Shown: one piece after another, positions 63,024 through 64,000 of the stretch | Position numbering within the stretch: position 1 is the first letter of the stretch | Layout of the letters: each line of letters starts with the position of its first letter | From: an uncultured virus (IMG/VR IMGVR_UViG_3300048581_000043) | Taxonomy: Duplodnaviria > Heunggongvirae > Uroviricota > Caudoviricetes | DNA length: 64,000 bases | Reading direction: 5' to 3' (one strand) | IMG/VR virus record: IMGVR_UViG_3300048581_000043 | The notes under the pieces: generated by a model | Told to the model about the DNA's origin: nothing | The model's input: the letters and a program-made list of their open reading frames with translations, nothing else | Database searches by the model: none | Program-made: the position numbers and the translations under genes

Positions 63024-64000
63024 AATATCTCCTTAATTACGTTGTTCATGCATCAACCCTAAAAGCTGATTGCTATTATCGTATGAACTACTCAATACAT
63101 ATATGTTGTTATCTCCATAACGATCTACCCATTTTTCAGTTTCAAAAGCATCAATATCTAAAGCTAAACCTATGAATAAAATCTGAAGTGTATTCATGAT
63201 TACCTAGATCTGGTTAAGTTTTAATATAAGATCTTCTTCAACAAAGACCTCATAAGGATTCCTCATGTCTTTTTTAATGGCATGAACAGATTTGTTAGAA
63301 AGATAATTGAATGCCATACACCAAATTGCTCGTTTAACACATTTAATAACAAACCTATCTTCCCATTGTTCAATGGAAACCCCTATAATATCTTCGGGCT
63401 TACTATTGATCCATGAACAACTTCTGCCTTACCCATTTGAGGAACATAATGGTCGCCCTCTAAATCTACATATTCAGGTAGAGGCTAAACCAAATGTTGA
63501 CGTACAGCAGTAGCTTTAATACGATCTATACTAATTTGGAACTCGACTACTAATCCGTTGCTCATGATTTTCTTCTTTCATTTCGGGATGTACAACAAGA
63601 CAGGTATCGCAGTCTTGTTCAGGCTTATCTATTTGTGGACACACAGAAGAATCGCAAGGACAAACATGATCTTGGTCAGCGGGAACATAACCGCAACTAC
63701 AATAATAGCGTGTCATAATTTTTCCTTACTAATTTATCTTTATGTAATTCGTAGGCACTTCGTTTGACCATCCCAAATAATCTTTAGATTGATAAACTAA
63801 ACTCGCAGTAACACGACCTAAAAGACCGGCCCAATTATGCAAATCAATATGAACTGTACCATTAGGGTAATAAGCGGCATCAACAAAGCCAGCATTCTTA
63901 AACTCCAAACAACGTCCACCACTAAGAAAGATAAATAGAAAAGCCAATGTTAAACAACGAAATGATTTAAGCATATGCGTAGAACCTTTTCTAGTCTTCA

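Noticed and set aside
1579..63767. Plus-strand ORFs of 60-130 aa in the ORF track
   Set aside because: Nearly all are antisense to well-supported minus-strand genes and have no recognisable motifs; treated as shadow ORFs.

Overview
This is a 64-kb, AT-rich, gene-dense segment of a large (jumbo-type) bacteriophage genome, with essentially all genes on the minus strand and no structural genes in view. Recognisable replication and nucleotide-metabolism genes include a dnaE N-terminus, Orn, ATP-dependent ligase, class II RNR with a LAGLIDADG intein, UDG, SSB, SpoVG and a Whirly-like protein. It also carries a complete PncA-PncB-NadD-NadE NAD+ salvage set, a prokaryotic ubiquitin-like (PRTRC-type) E1/JAB/E2/Ubl cluster, an amidoligase plus GATase pair, a radical SAM gene, and several tRNAs and tRNA-like RNAs. 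The best candidate for an undescribed system is a retron-like reverse transcriptase with an atypical YSDN motif (6459-7361). It overlaps two unknown downstream ORFs and lies about 530 bp downstream of an ~870-nt ORF-free, densely base-paired region (7895-8767) that looks like a large ncRNA with a tRNA-like subdomain and a short tandem repeat. The second most striking pattern is ~17 small, otherwise divergent ORFs sharing a C-terminal tag (IPxELTxL / SLKxISYL). A few homopolymer frameshifts suggest assembly indels. All calls come from reading motifs by eye; no searches or folding programs were run.
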